From: Octopus bimaculoides
Taxonomy: Eukaryota
Reading direction: 5' to 3'
Length of the DNA stretch: 64,000 bases
Assembly (NCBI RefSeq): GCF_001194135.2
Contig: NC_068989.1
Coordinates: forward strand, 79,657,612 to 79,721,611
The translations under genes were made by a program, and so were the position numbers. Shown in pieces: positions 36,846-50,140 of this stretch (the first letter of the stretch is position 1; the number at the start of each line of letters is the position of its first letter). Below the pieces are notes generated by a model that worked only from the letters and a program-made list of their open reading frames with translations, was not told the DNA's origin and ran no database searches.

Positions 36846-37212
36846 GTGGGGGTACAATGGCCCAGTTGTTAGGGCAGCGGACTCGCGGTCATAAGATCGC
36901 GGTTTCGCTTCCCAGACCGGGCGTTGTGAGTCTTTATTGAGCGAAAACACATAAAGGTCCACGAGGCTCCCTGCTGTACTCTTTCACCACAACTTTCTCT
37001 CACTCTTACTTCCTGTTTCTGTTGTACCTGTAATTCAAAGGGTCAGCCTTGTCACACTGTGTCACGCTGAATATCCCCGAGAATTACGTTAAGGGTACAC
37101 GTGTCTGTGGAGTGCTCAGCCACTTTCACGTTAATTTCACGAGCCGGCTGTTCCGTTGATCGGATCAACTGGAACCTTCGACGTCGTAAGTGACGGAGTG
37201 CCAACAACAACA
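36846..37212 (+). mobile_element. SINE family C with TSD
   Basis: tRNA-like head, tail GACGGAGTGCC(AAC)n; TSD ACTTTTGTCAT at 36835-36845 and 37213-37223; lacks about 20 bp present in the copy at 59647. Confidence 0.93.
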
Positions 37213-37689
37213 ACTTTTGTCATATTCTGCCTAGGCGTCTGTGGGTTAGAGCTTGAAATGGGTTCATAGTTCTCAAAGCAGTCACACCGTTGGTCTCTCT
37301 CTGGATGCAGTCTAGGATATCTATGAATATGTATACATGTCTATCTGATGCGTCTGTTCATAGATTCAGGCTTTTCTTTAAAGGTGGATAATAAAAAATC
37401 CTAAGAAATAAGAGAAATTTCAATTCTATGCGTGTATTAGTATTATAGTTATAGTAAATTATGTGAACAGCTAGAATCACTCTGGAGTAAGAATCTGGAT
37501 TCAAGAGGGCCAATGTTTCATCGTGTCAGTTTAGAATAAATAGCAGTATAAAACTTATATGGCCTGAGAATCCCTGATCACATAATTCAGTTAAGCCAGA
37601 TAAGTCTCTACAACCAATCCATGTTTCTTATCTTCAAAACTCCACTGTACCTGGTTTTACCTCTACAGCTTTTGTTATTTTTTGTGTTT

Positions 37690-38202
37690 TTGGCTGGGAA
37701 AAGAAGGGAGTTTTCCGCTGTTTGGTGGCTATGGCGTGGGAGATAGTGTGGTGGGCGAGATTGAAATAAGTGAAGACAAATACTTCCCTCTTCAGCCAAG
37801 CCCTCATTGACTTTTTTAAAATTCCACTTGAAAAGTAAAATGAGGATGGAGAGGAAAGTACTGCCCCGCCCCTTGCATTTTTGACGAAATGTGGGTGAAT
37901 GTGGACAGGATGGTCTACTTGAATGGGCCTACTCTGAACACACGCTTGTAAGCTGGAGGAGAAGCTGAGGATAGAGGCACCTACTGAGGTGCCCCTGGCA
38001 GACGGGATGACCAAGATGAGTGGGATTCCTAGGTTGTCCCTGGGTAGAACTCTCTAATTTGGGAGAATTTTATTGTTGATTTTTGTTGTTAATTTTTCTT
38101 GTTTCAATTTTATACACGACGTTTTGGGCTTAGCCCCATTTGCTCCTTGTGTTATTTTGTCCCTGTTTGTTTTGTGTAGGCCTTCGTGGCCAATGAAGGA
38201 AA

Positions 38203-38274
<72 letters not shown>

Positions 38275-38277
38275 CAT
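37690..38277 (+). mobile_element. 5'-truncated LINE 3' end (L1/Tx1-like) with (ATT)n tail
   Basis: GC-richer block with VFRCLVAMAWEIVWWARLK and FDEMW, resembling the L1/Tx1 ORF2 end; T-rich UTR, then (ATT)n at 38204-38277. Confidence 0.5.
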
Positions 38278-38907
38278 TACCTGAACTGAGTTAATTATCT
38301 AACTGGAAGACATTACAATAAGGTAAAGAATTCCAAAGTATTTTATGAAGATCCTGCTGAATAACGTAAATGCATTGTTGTTTGATATGTGTGTGTANNN
38401 NNNNNNNNNNNNNNNNNNNNNNNNNNNNNNNNNNNNNNNNNNNNNNNNNNNNNNNNNNNNNNNNNNNNNNNNNNNNNNNNNNNNNNNNNNNNNNNNNNNN
38501 NNNNNNNNNNNNNNNNNNNNNNNNNNNNNNNNNNNNNNNNNNNNNNNNNNNNNNNNNNNNNNNNNNNNNNNNNNNNNNNNNNNNNNNNNNNNNNNNNNNN
38601 NNNNNNNNNNNNNNNNNNNNNNNNNNNNNNNNNNNNNNNNNNNNNNNNNNNNNNNNNNNNNNNNNNNNNNNNNNNNNNNNNNNNNNNNNNNNNNNNNNNN
38701 NNNNNNNNNNNNNNNNNNNNNNNNNNNNNNNNNNNNNNNNNNNNNNNNNNNNNNNNNNNNNNNNNNNNNNNNNNNNNNNNNNNNNNNNNNNNNNNNNNNN
38801 NNNNNNNNNNNNNNNNNNNNNNNNNNNNNTGAAATTTACAGAAAAAAAAAAAGACAGAAGACAGGTGTATAAACAACAAGCAGGTGTATTAGTTTGAGGG
38901 CAATGTA

Positions 38908-40166
38908 TATCAGTTTGAGTTAAAAGTAAGCAACGTTTCGAACCATGAAGAATTTGTATCGGATTTTTGCAGAGTTTTGAATCTTTTTAAAACCTTTTTT
39001 TGCAATTGTCCGATAACAGAGACATAGACTTTCCCAAATGCATCAATTAATTAACATTGATATTTTTTTTCGCCTTTGTCAAAATCATCTGAAATGGAAT
39101 TGTCAAAGCGCGATATTTGAGCAATTTTGCTATTCAACTTCAAGAAAAGGACGTAAAGCAGCTGAAACTGCTCGCGATATCAACGAAACTTTTGGCGAGA
39201 AAATGAGCAGATAGTGGTCAGGTCGAAGATTGTTTAAACGATTTCGCCGAGGAAGATGAAGTTGGCGAGCGTATTTGACGCCCTTCTGTCATCGATAACA
39301 GCCAAATAAAGACATTCATTGAGAAAGCTCCACGCAAAACCACTGGAGAACTGGCAAAAGAACTCCAAGTTAGCAAGAAAACTATCTGCAAGCATTTGCA
39401 TACAATCGGAAAATCAAAAACGCCCGACAAATGGGTACCACACAATTTGAATGAAAATCAAAAAATGCGCAGGTATGAAGTTTGCTCGTCGCTTCTCCTC
39501 CGTAACCAGACCGATCCATTTCTCGACTGTATTGTAACATGCGATAAAAGTGGATTCTATACTACAATGAAAAACCTTCTTCGCAGTAGTGAGAGCAAAA
39601 TGAAACACCGAAAACATTCCCTAAACCTGAGCTCTTCAAAAAGAAGATTATGGTGACTGTTTGGTGGTGTACTGCAGGACTCATCCACTATAACCTCTTA
39701 AGACCCGGAAAGACCATTACTGCAGAAACATATTGCCATGAAATTGCAAAAATGGACGAAATACTGGTCAACAGAAGAGAGCTAACCACTCTTCATGGCA
39801 ATGCTCGACCACACGTTTCACTAATGACGCTCCAGAAATTAACAAAACTTAGCTACGAACTTCTTCCCCACCCAGCTTATTCCCCAGACCTTTCTCCTAC
39901 CGACTACCACGTTTTCAAGTGGTAGTCGGTAGTGTTAGTGATAGCCTTGATGGTTTCCTGCAAGAGAAGGAGTTCAAAACTCAAACCGATGCTGATAGTT
40001 CATTTAAATTTGTATGTTACCGGAATAAACAAATTTGTAACTCGTTGGCAAAGATGAGCTGATTGTAATGCTACTTACTTTGATGAATAAAATTTCCGCA
40101 TTGTTGAAATGTATTGTGATGAATTCCATGTTTCAGAAAGTTGCTTACTTTTTACTCAGCCTGATA
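38908..40166 (+). mobile_element. Full-length but inactivated mariner (cecropia subfamily, Hsmar1-like)
   Basis: TA-flanked TIRs TCAGTTTGAGTTAAAAGTAAGCAAC vs TCAGGCTGAGTAAAAAGTAAGCAAC (3 mismatches in 25), about 1.26 kb. Motifs: KWVPHNL, FLDCIVTCDK, MVTVWW.AGLIHY, LHGNARPH, PHPAYSPDLSPTDYHVFK. Frameshifts, stops and a second catalytic D-to-G change. Confidence 0.95.
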
Positions 40167-40180
40167 TATATAAGTATTAT

Positions 40181-40350
40181 GAGGGCATATGGCCTAGTGG
40201 TTAGGGTGTTGCATTCACGATCGCGAAAATCGTGATTCGGTTCCTAGACCAGGTGATGCGTCCTGTCCTTGAGCAAGACACTTAATCTCAAATTGCACTG
40301 CCATCACTTCGACATCTGACGCGTGGTACACCATGCATCTGTTAAAGCAA
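40181..40350 (+). mobile_element. SINE family E (tRNA head plus TGTCCTTGAGCAAGACACTT body), truncated
   Basis: A box TGGCCTAGTGGTTAGGG; body motif shared with family D. Confidence 0.7.
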
Positions 40351-41053
40351 GTGTATGTTTCTACACACACACATATACACATATATACCCAGTGTCATTC
40401 CTAATCAATGTATAATTATTTGATCGTTACAATATTATGTGCTCTGTTTTCTGTCTTCATTGCAATACGTACGGTTTCGAAAATACAATCTCAGCTATAT
40501 GAATGAACGATGTCAAAAAACATCTTAAACGTTGAATAGATAGTAAAAATTCATTTGTATAAAATATCTCCAGTTGACTCTTTAAAATACTCACAAAGCG
40601 TACGCTTGTTTTTCAGATATCTAGAGAATGCAATGTATTCGTTTTAAACTGTCGAGGAATTTAATCATATCTGCGTAATAAAATTTGAGACGAAACATTT
40701 CATACATACTATTGAATCTATTAATAATTTTTAATAACGCAGATGTTTCGTTCTGGTTCGTATTACTAAATAATGAATAAAACCATTGAATGATATATTT
40801 CATACATTTTCAGTGAAATGTTTTTATTTCTCCTATGTATCTCATGTACACTAATTAATGATGAAATTAATTAAAGCATAAAACAAAAGATTAGACCAAT
40901 TTCTTCTAATATTTTAGTGAACTCTTTGTCTGATCCAGTATAACAAGAAGAAAAATATTAGGATTAAATTTCCTCTTACCATAAATGCAATGTTTGTATG
41001 AATATATTTGCCTTGGTTTGTGCGTACAAGTGTATACATTTGCATGTGTGTGT

Positions 41054-41102
<49 letters not shown>

Positions 41103-41273
41103 TGGGAGTTCGTGTGTGTGTTGCGTATGGTTATGTGTATGAAATGAAAAGAAAGGCGATTTTTAAATCCTTTCCTGATAGTCTGTTGGAAACAAAGTAA
41201 CATTTTAAGCTTATAACACTTTAACTCATAGAGACAATGAGCACGTTCAATACGAAAATATCAGCGTCTTCGC

Positions 41274-41274
<1 letters not shown>

Positions 41275-41317
<43 letters not shown>

Positions 41318-41476
41318 NNNNNNNNNNNNNNNNNNNNNNNNNNNNNNNNNNNNNNNNNNNNNNNNNNNNNNNNNNNNNNNNNNNNNNNNNNNNNNNNNNN
41401 NNNNNNNNNNNNNNNNNCGTCGTCGTCGTCGTCGTCTTCATCGTCGTCGTCGTCGTTGTCACCATCATCATCATCA
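41275..41476. repeat. (TATC)n and (TCG)/(TCA)n microsatellites flanking a gap
   Basis: Seen directly. Confidence 0.95.
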
Positions 41477-41899
41477 TTAATATTTAAGTTTATCATTTGA
41501 CAAATGAAGGTTAATCCATTCACCAAAAGATTCGACAGTTTATAAGATATTTCATATCCGCGACGCATGAAAATCTGCAGATATTTCGCTCGTGTTTAAT
41601 TGAAGAAATGTTTAAGGATGTTTGTCCAAACGCAATAGAGTAATATTCATTCCTGATCTAGATTATTCTTGGATGCAAGAGAGAGGGAGAGAGAGAGAGA
41701 GAGAGAGAGTGCGCATTTATTACAAATCTAGACATCAAGCTAATACCAGACAGTTGTCAATCGATGCGTAATAGCAATTGATTTGACAATCATATTGTAA
41801 TATGTTTTGCAATAACATCGATATTGCTTATAGAGAAACAATACAAAAGTGAAGTTTTTGTTTTTATTTTGTTATTCCACGTATGTAATCATTCTTTCC

Positions 41900-42620
41900 T
41901 CTACAGGCACAAGGTCTGGACTGTTGGTGGAGGGGGCTAAATGTTTACATGGGCCCTAGTGCTTAACTGTTACATATTTTGTCGATTCTGAAAGGATGAA
42001 AGGCAAAGTGGACTTCGGTAGAATTTGAACTTAGATAGAAAAGACAGACGAAATGTCACAACGCGTTTTGTCTGATGTGCTAACGTTTCTGCAGCTCGTC
42101 GCCTTTTTCTGTATTTCTAATAATATTTTCCGATTTATGATATAAAATCAGGAATTTTGAGGGACGCGAAAGTTATCCGATGTACTAGACTGGTACTTTA
42201 TTTCATTGATTCGAACGATTGAGAAGCATAGCTGAGCAGGGGAAATTTGAAGTCAGAATGCAAAGAACCGGTTGTGCGTACGATAATTGTCTCTGATTTA
42301 GGCAGAAGGGCAGCTGTTGAGGAGAGGTGAATGAGTCGATGTCGATACCAGCAACCACAGTACTTCACTTGTACTTCATCTTATTTGCAAAAATGAAAGG
42401 TTAAGTCGAGTTCTATGGGGTTTGAACGTTGAATGTAAAGAGTCAAAAGTTATATTGCAATATATTTTCCGATACACTAACGAGTCTGCCGGCTCACCAT
42501 CCTTATATCGTTTCTGATTTAGGCACATGGCCAACAATTTTGAGGGAGAATGGTCTGTCGATACAATAAACCCCACTGTTATACTGGTACACCGGATGTA
42601 AAGTTGACATCAGTATGTAA
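41900..42620 (-). mobile_element. Cluster of about 4 old SINE family A copies or fragments
   Basis: AAAGGATGAAAGGCAAAGTGGACTTCGGTAGAATTTGAACT at about 41990 plus more degenerate repeats of the same motifs. Confidence 0.7.
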
Positions 42621-43551
42621 AGAGCTGGCGCATACGTAATAATGCAGATATATCGAAAACTTCCCTAATAAAACTGAAGAAAAAACCAGTAAAGTTACAA
42701 CTAATTATCAGCGGATTGGAGGGGCAGTTTATATTGTAATGATGTCCTGTATCTCTAACTCAAGTATTTTTACTAAAGCATCTATTCATTAATTACAAAT
42801 TGTGACAATAGTCAGGTCTTTCTCATCCTTCTAAATATAATACAGTACTCTATTATCGAGAAATGTGGATTGAGTACAGAATCGATACAACACATTAGCC
42901 AAACAAAAGATAGCATGGGAAGGAGAAGTCTAAAATCAGAAGCACCATGAAAAACTGTTTAAGCCAAATATTTCCATCCAACTGAAAACATGAAATCTTA
43001 ATAAAAAAAAAAAAGAATAGCTGGTAACGTCATACTTGGAGCAAAGATAAATGGAAGACAAAGGCTGATGCGTACATACTTAAAAGGCTCGTGTTGTGAC
43101 ATGGGCCTCGCCACATCGTATGTAGTGAAATATTTCAAATTTTGCCTGTTAACATCTTTATTCAGTGATATGTATTATTACATTACCAGTAAACTATAGA
43201 TCAACTGGAAATTAACTATACTTTTCCAACTGCTTTTCCCAATTGGTATAATGAAGATGTAAGCTGAAGGGTGTTGTAGAAAATAAGAAAAAATAGAGCG
43301 TACATTGTATAAATGGGAGAAGGAACCCCACAATTTAGGACCGATCGGAAACATTGAGTAGCCCGTTGTCAATACTGTTTGTGCGTAGTATTAATTTTAT
43401 GGAGTGTGAATTAACGTGTATTCTGCTTGCCATTTCTTGATCGACTCTTTATTCTATAAAGCTGATCTCTTAGCTTTCAAACAAACGACTTTAAACGTAA
43501 ACGCATGGAACAAATGTAGCGTTGCTATCAATATTGTCTATTTCTACTCAC

Positions 43552-43599
43552 CCACCACTCTGGATTAATTGCCTTATCGATGAGATAAAGACATTAGTA
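43552..43599 (-). CDS. Candidate 48-nt exon (phase 2-2), TNVFISSIRQLIQSG; unverified
   Basis: Consensus branch point TACTAAC just upstream of the acceptor (CTTTACTAACATTTGTCAG), donor TGG|GTGAGT, one open frame. Confidence 0.3.
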
Positions 43600-44107
43600 C
43601 TGACAAATGTTAGTAAAGACTAAATTCTTATACAACACATTCCACATAATACTTAAATTAGAAACTGAACTCAACGGATCCAGATAAGCAGAGAGTTATT
43701 AACTACTCACGTTCATGATTTTACAATGTACAAGTTGTACTTATTTACACTTTGATTATAGCTTTTCTGAATTAAGTGTCATGACTACAGAGTCTCTAAA
43801 ACATGCTAAATACAACTGAATACAGCATAAACAATGTGAGCGACACCCAAGTGATCCGGGCAATTTCTATCGTGTAGTGAGATCACATCTCAAAAATACA
43901 TTAAGCAAAACAAATTGTACTATGAGTGTATTCGCGTGACATTTAAAGATTGATAAAAAAAATGATGACGATAAAATGCACCATATCAACTTCAAGTTAT
44001 AGAATAATTTATGAAACATTATTGGTTGTTATAAGCAGTACGGCTTTTTCTTTTTTGATGTTGTTGACTATTTTGATAGTCAAACACACTAAGGAATAAT
44101 AATTTTA

Positions 44108-44950
44108 AGCTGCAATGTTATCAAAAGTCCGAATATGTTTGATGCCAGTTCATACTGGGGAACAAACTACTCACTACGTTTTGTCACGGAGAATATATCT
44201 CGCTTGTTGACAAATGATGTGTATACACCTAAATTAACTCGCAGCGTCACCTACCTAGAGTGTGAGATGTTAACATTTCGAAGGAGTTGTCTCCTCATCG
44301 GTCACAGACACTAAGCAGACGACACCGCGAGCTGAATTAAGAGATTACCTCTCTTATGCTTTTTCCGGTTACCGTGCGATGACTGGCAGCGCTATTTGGC
44401 GCTACTCTGAAATGTTAACATCTCACAGTCAAAGTACTTGATAGCTGCTTCGAAATGTTATCTCGCAGTTTAGGTAGGTAGATCTAAATGTATAAGCATC
44501 ATTTATCAACAAGCGAGATATATTCTCCAGCACAAATGCAATGGGTAGCTTGTTCCCCAGTTCGAAGTGCACCAAGCATATTGGGACTGATAAATCATTG
44601 CAATTTCACTTATCACTGCTTAGCACTTACTTGCGGTTAACCGCCGAATAACGCTCCCAGTCACTGTGCGGTGACCGGAAAAGCATAAGAAGAGTAATCT
44701 CTTAATTCAGCTCGCGGTGTCGTCTGCTTAGTGTCTGTGACGGAAGAGGAGACAACTTCTCCGAAGTGTTAACATTTCACAGCCTAGGTAGGTGGCGCTG
44801 CGAGCTGATCTAGTTGCATACACACTATTTGTTAACTAGTGAGATATATGCTCCGTGACAAAACGCAGTGAGTAGCATGTTCGCCAGTTCGAACGTGCAA
44901 CAAACATATATTCGGCTTGATGATAACATTGCAACTTCACTTATTACCGT
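44108..44950. repeat. Three-arm element: one forward unit (about 44108-44400) and two reverse units in tandem (partial about 44409-44602, full about 44645-44933)
   Basis: GTCACAGACACTAAGCAGACGACACCGCGAGCTGAATTAAGAGATTAC pairs with its reverse complement at about 44695-44742; GGAGAATATATCTCGCTTGTTG pairs with CAACAAGCGAGATATATTCTCC at about 44507-44528. Confidence 0.88.
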
Positions 44951-45074
44951 TTAACGCTCCCGCTCCGTTATAATTTTAAGTTCTTTGACATGATATAATA
45001 TCGATGAAAAGGTCATAAAAAGGTCATAACAGAGAAAAGGTCATAAATTTTGGAGGAGAACTATAATCAGTCCA

Positions 45075-45282
45075 GGAGTAAGCATGGCTGTGAGCTTAAG
45101 AAGGTCACTTTGCAAGCATATGGTTTCAGGTTCAGTTCCACTGCTCAAGTGTCTTCTACTGAAGCTTCGGTTCTACCAGCGTCTTGAGAATGAATAGGGT
45201 ACCCATAAAGTGTGGAAACTGGTCACACACCCACACACACATACACGCACATATACACGCGCACACACACTCCTGCGCGCAA

Positions 45283-45313
<31 letters not shown>

Positions 45314-45497
45314 TGTCTCTTTTACTTTTTTACTTGTTTCAGTCATTTGACTGTGGCCATGCTGGAGCACCGTAGTTAGTCGAGCAATTCGACCCCAGGA
45401 TTTATTCTTTATAAGCCTAGTACTTATTTTATCGGTCTCTTTTGCCGAACCCCTAAGTTATGGGGACCTAAATGTTGGGGGAACAAACACAAGCACA

Positions 45498-45551
<54 letters not shown>

Positions 45552-45715
45552 CGACGGGCTTCTTTCAGTTTCCATCTACCGAATCCACTCACAAGGCTTG
45601 GTAGGCCCGAGTCTATAGTAGGAGACACTTGCGCAAAGTGCCACGCAGTGGGACTGAACTCGGAATCATGTGGTTCATAGAAAGCTACTTACCACACAGC
45701 CACTCCTATACCTAT
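45075..45715. mobile_element. SINE family B: truncated plus-strand head (about 45075-45200) and full minus-strand copy (about 45316-45715)
   Basis: Both match the reference copy at 33521. Confidence 0.88.
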
Positions 45716-46829
45716 ATGTGTTCATGTATATATGGATGGATGGATAGATGGATGTGTGTATGTATAGCAGTGTGTAACTCCTCCTCCTCACTGTGTAACG
45801 ACCAGTTTTATATTGTTTACGTCTCCATAGCCTACTGATTCCGAAAAATCAGTACTAGATTTTTAAAAAAAAGCATAACTACCGGGATCGATTTGTTTCA
45901 CTAAAACCTATCAAGCTGCGTACCACTATGGCCACAGTCGAATGACTGAAATTTAATTAGTTTAAAAATCAGAAGAATGATAAACCTTGACTAGATGTCA
46001 ATTGGTACTGAACTCATAACGCTAAAAGATATTACTAGAAAAAAAAAATGAAAGCATTTAATTCGTTACTAAGCAACATATACGCAGCTGTTTTTGCATA
46101 ATGTATTATGAATTTTTGCATCATTGAAACATCTTGCGACGAGGGGGGAAAATTCTCGTGTAGCCAATATTCTGTCTTTTAAAACATAGAACAGCTGTGA
46201 TCTAATGATGAATTCATTACTTAACAGCAGACTATTGATTTTTAATACTTAATTTATTTTAATTAAACAATGATGTGTGTTCTTTACATTTGATTGCCTA
46301 TAAGAAGTGAGTAATTTATATCGTTAAGAGCAATGCTAATTCGAAGTAGATTAAGCTTGTCATGTAATCTATGAAATCTATGGTTACTTATTTGAAAAAC
46401 AATGAAGCAAATTATTTTCACCGTAAAGATGATTTTATTCAAGATTTCCAAAGGAAGTTCAAGTGTTTTTATAACAATTTTAACACTGTGACTCTAGAAT
46501 TAGCAATATGCAGAAAATGTTTTGCTGGACTTCTTAAGTAATATAAGACTAAAGACCAAAGGATTATGCTTGAAGTAAAAGGAAAAGAAGAAAAAAAACC
46601 CAACTCACACACATGCATACGTTAAATGTAAGTAGTTCTGGAATAATCACCAGATATTTTTAATTGCTTACATATTGTTATTATTTAAACGAGGAACCGT
46701 TCGATCTCGTCCTTTTTTTTTTTTCTGCTGATAAATTACATTACTCGAAGTGGAAACGGTAGGTTAATTAGCAAATGACGATGTAGAATTTAATTAGTTA
46801 TAAATTATGGGACATGTTGCGACAAGCAT

Positions 46830-46998
46830 AGCTACGTGGTTATGAATCTCGCTTTACAACCACGAGACTTTGTGTCCAGTCTTCTTTCCACAGAGTGGAA
46901 GCTTGTGTCTGTGTCTTATACAATAGAACCGGCTCGACGAAAGCCTTGTAAGTGGATTTCATAGACAAAAACTGTGGAAGGTTGTTGTATATATATAT
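46830..46998 (-). mobile_element. Degenerate SINE family B head
   Basis: On the minus strand CAAGGCTTTCGTCGAGCCGGTTCTATTGTATAAGACACA resembles the family B body; runs into (TA)n and a gap. Confidence 0.55.
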
Positions 46999-48254
46999 NN
47001 NNNNNNNNNNNNNNNNNNNNNNNNNNNNNNNNNNNNNNNNNNNNNNNNNNNNNNNNNNNNNNNNNNNNNNNNNNNNNNNNNNNNNNNNNNNNNNNNNNNN
47101 NNNNNACAATGCAGTACGACCGTTTCATGCAACTCCATTTAATTGAAGAATGTAATCATTACATCACTTTAAAAATGCAGAGCAATCGTCAACTGCACAA
47201 AGACATAGAATTTAATTAAATTAGAACAGATGGACACATTAGTATAATAATACCTAAGATCTCGAAGAAGTTATGGAGACAGACAGAGAACATCTTGCTT
47301 TAGCCACACCATGGAAACTATATTTATCCCCACTGCCTTACATTCACTGTTGTCCTCTAGGTCCTGTATCTTTGCAGTTTGGGAAAACTCCGAAAGAGAA
47401 GCACGGAAGACGTGATAATTTTGTTCGAATAAACACTTCAAGATAATGCCCCGGCATAACTGCAGTCGAATGACTGCAACAAATAGAATTTAAAACATAT
47501 AGAATAAAACATTTCTACACTAAAGCATTTGGGTGTCTGTACATGTTTGCACATGCTCAGAGCAAGAATTTCAATGCAAAAGCAATAACTCATTGGAAAC
47601 GTTTTGCATTTACATTCGTATGATAAGGAGAGAAATTCGAATTTAAATATGATTTGCCAAAATGCATTAATACTTTACTCTCATGTTAATTAACCGTAAC
47701 GCTTAGATACTTCGGTCTAATCGGAAGATTATCAACACATTAAAAACTTTGGAAATATTCTACGGAATGTATGCATTTCACGTATTTGGTACTTGTTGCA
47801 GGATTATTGATATTTAAAGATGTATATGACAAAGAAGGTTCAATCAAGCTGTTATTATGTAGTATGTGTAATTTCTGTCACATGTGTTGAGTGCCACTTT
47901 CGCTAGTCAACTCATTCTTGCGCACTCACACACGCACGCGCACACACATACACACACATGTGGAAGCTTATGTTTTCATATGTATATATATATGTAATAT
48001 TTATATATGTATATATATGTCTATATATATATATATGTACATGTGTATATATAAATATATATGCGTGTATTTTTGTATGTATGTATGTGCATATATATAT
48101 AATTGTTCATCTTTTACTTGTTTTAGACATTAGACTGCAGCCATGCTGGAGCACTAGACTCTTAATAGAAATCAGTAGTCAATTAACATAAGTGTCAACC
48201 GAATATAAGTGCACTTGTTTAAACTCCAAGTACACATAGACAGATACGCACACA

Positions 48255-48329
<75 letters not shown>

Positions 48330-50140
48330 CTATGTAACTTGAAAAATAGGCGTGATATGATGTTTATATTGCACGTCGAAGGCGGCGGTAAGGAAAACTT
48401 CCTTTCGTCGACTTGTCTTTCATGGAAGCGGTATGCAACTTTTATCTTCGAGTATAGAACGCCATTATACCAGCGATTTAAAATGGAAAAGCGAAGTGTA
48501 TATATATATATTTCTTTATTGCCCACAGGGGACTAAACATAGAGGGGACAAACAAGGACACACAAAGAGGGGGTAATATATAGGTCAGTGAATGTATTCC
48601 CTGTCAAGAAACTTCTGTTACTGTACGTATACTATATGAAATTTTAAGATTTTTAATTTTAAAAGAACATCTATGTCTAAGTCTTATTCCATACTTATAG
48701 GCCTAAGATTTCTTTTAATAATTCTGCAACACTTTTACTGCTACACTTTTACTGATTTCCGTCATGTGGCTGTTACCATATTTGTGGCTATCTTCTTAGG
48801 GAGATGATGCAACACACCGAACAAATATTTTAACGATATTAGGAAGATCTGGACAAAGTGAATCAAAATTTGAACACAGTCCTGACGAGACCACCCCTTA
48901 AATACTACGAAGATTTTCTTTCGATATTCCATGGACTCTTCAAATTGGTTTTCTTTTAATACTCATTCGCAAAACTTGTAAAAATTCCACGTTTTATAAC
49001 AATTTTTTTTTAAATTTCTATTTTGATACCTGACAGGATAGATCTTCATTACAATTCTTTGCAACAAAATGAGATCGTTTCACAGTTCATTCCACAGCTG
49101 AAGCAGAATAATATGATGGCTTCAATGCATTGTATGTGTATGTATACGTGATCGTATGAAACACAATGAGAGAGTAATCTCAGAATATGTCTGTTCATAT
49201 TATGTAATAAATACCAAGGTTACAATGAAATAATATGATAGACGAAAATATTTATAATGTCTTTAGGGAAGTTTGTTCTTAATTAATATTTTTCAAACCT
49301 TCTTAAGCACAGTTTGAAGCAAATAACAAAATTGTATCATGGATATGTCATCTCATATATTTCAAGATGAACGTTTAATGGAGACTGTCAAACGCGGATA
49401 CTTAAATACCTGAAACATTTTAAAGAATTATAGTTATAAATACGTCAATATAATTTATATGACAGCTTTTAGATTTATTTTATTTATGAAAACATATTAG
49501 AATAAATGGAGCGGCAAATATATGAATGTTATTTAATATTTAAAAGGAGAGTTCTAGGAAAGCTGTAAATTTTATTGATGTGAGAAGTGCAAAGTTAAAC
49601 TTTTCAGATTCTTAAAACTTCTTTTCTTCTCACTGCTGAACAATAGTTCGAGGCATTAGATTTTTCTCTTCTGTATGGCATGCCGACTCATACCATCACC
49701 ACATTCTTCGGATTTCGGATTTTATTAAGAAATATTTAAGTTCATTTCTCCATATTCTTATTTCAAATCACACAGGAATTAACTTTGCAATTTCTAAAAG
49801 AATGTCGATAAATCAAGTGCAAAGAGATATTGAAAAAAAACAAAACACCATTTATTTGAAATATCCGCACTAATCATCAAATCATTTCATGACCTTCGAA
49901 TAACATAAAATAACAAATTACTTGATTCACCGATTAAATTGAACATTTTTAAATATAATACTCTGAATATAGTAACTGATTTTAAGATTAAATGTTGAAT
50001 GCAGTAAAATATAATAGTTTAAATGCAGTAACTGATATTCATCAGACGCAGTGGAATTATATTATTGACAATGTCGCAAAAGTTCGGTAAAATGTTTTTG
50101 ATATTGTAAAGTATACGATATTTTTAAAGAATAAAATAAA

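Noticed and set aside
43200-43260. Plus-strand QLEINYTFPTAFPNWYNED with a GTAAGC donor
   Set aside because: Weak acceptor and no partner exon; could not be supported.
48880-48902. GAGACCACCC|TTAA resembling a Kolobok-type terminus
   Set aside because: No matching second terminus found.
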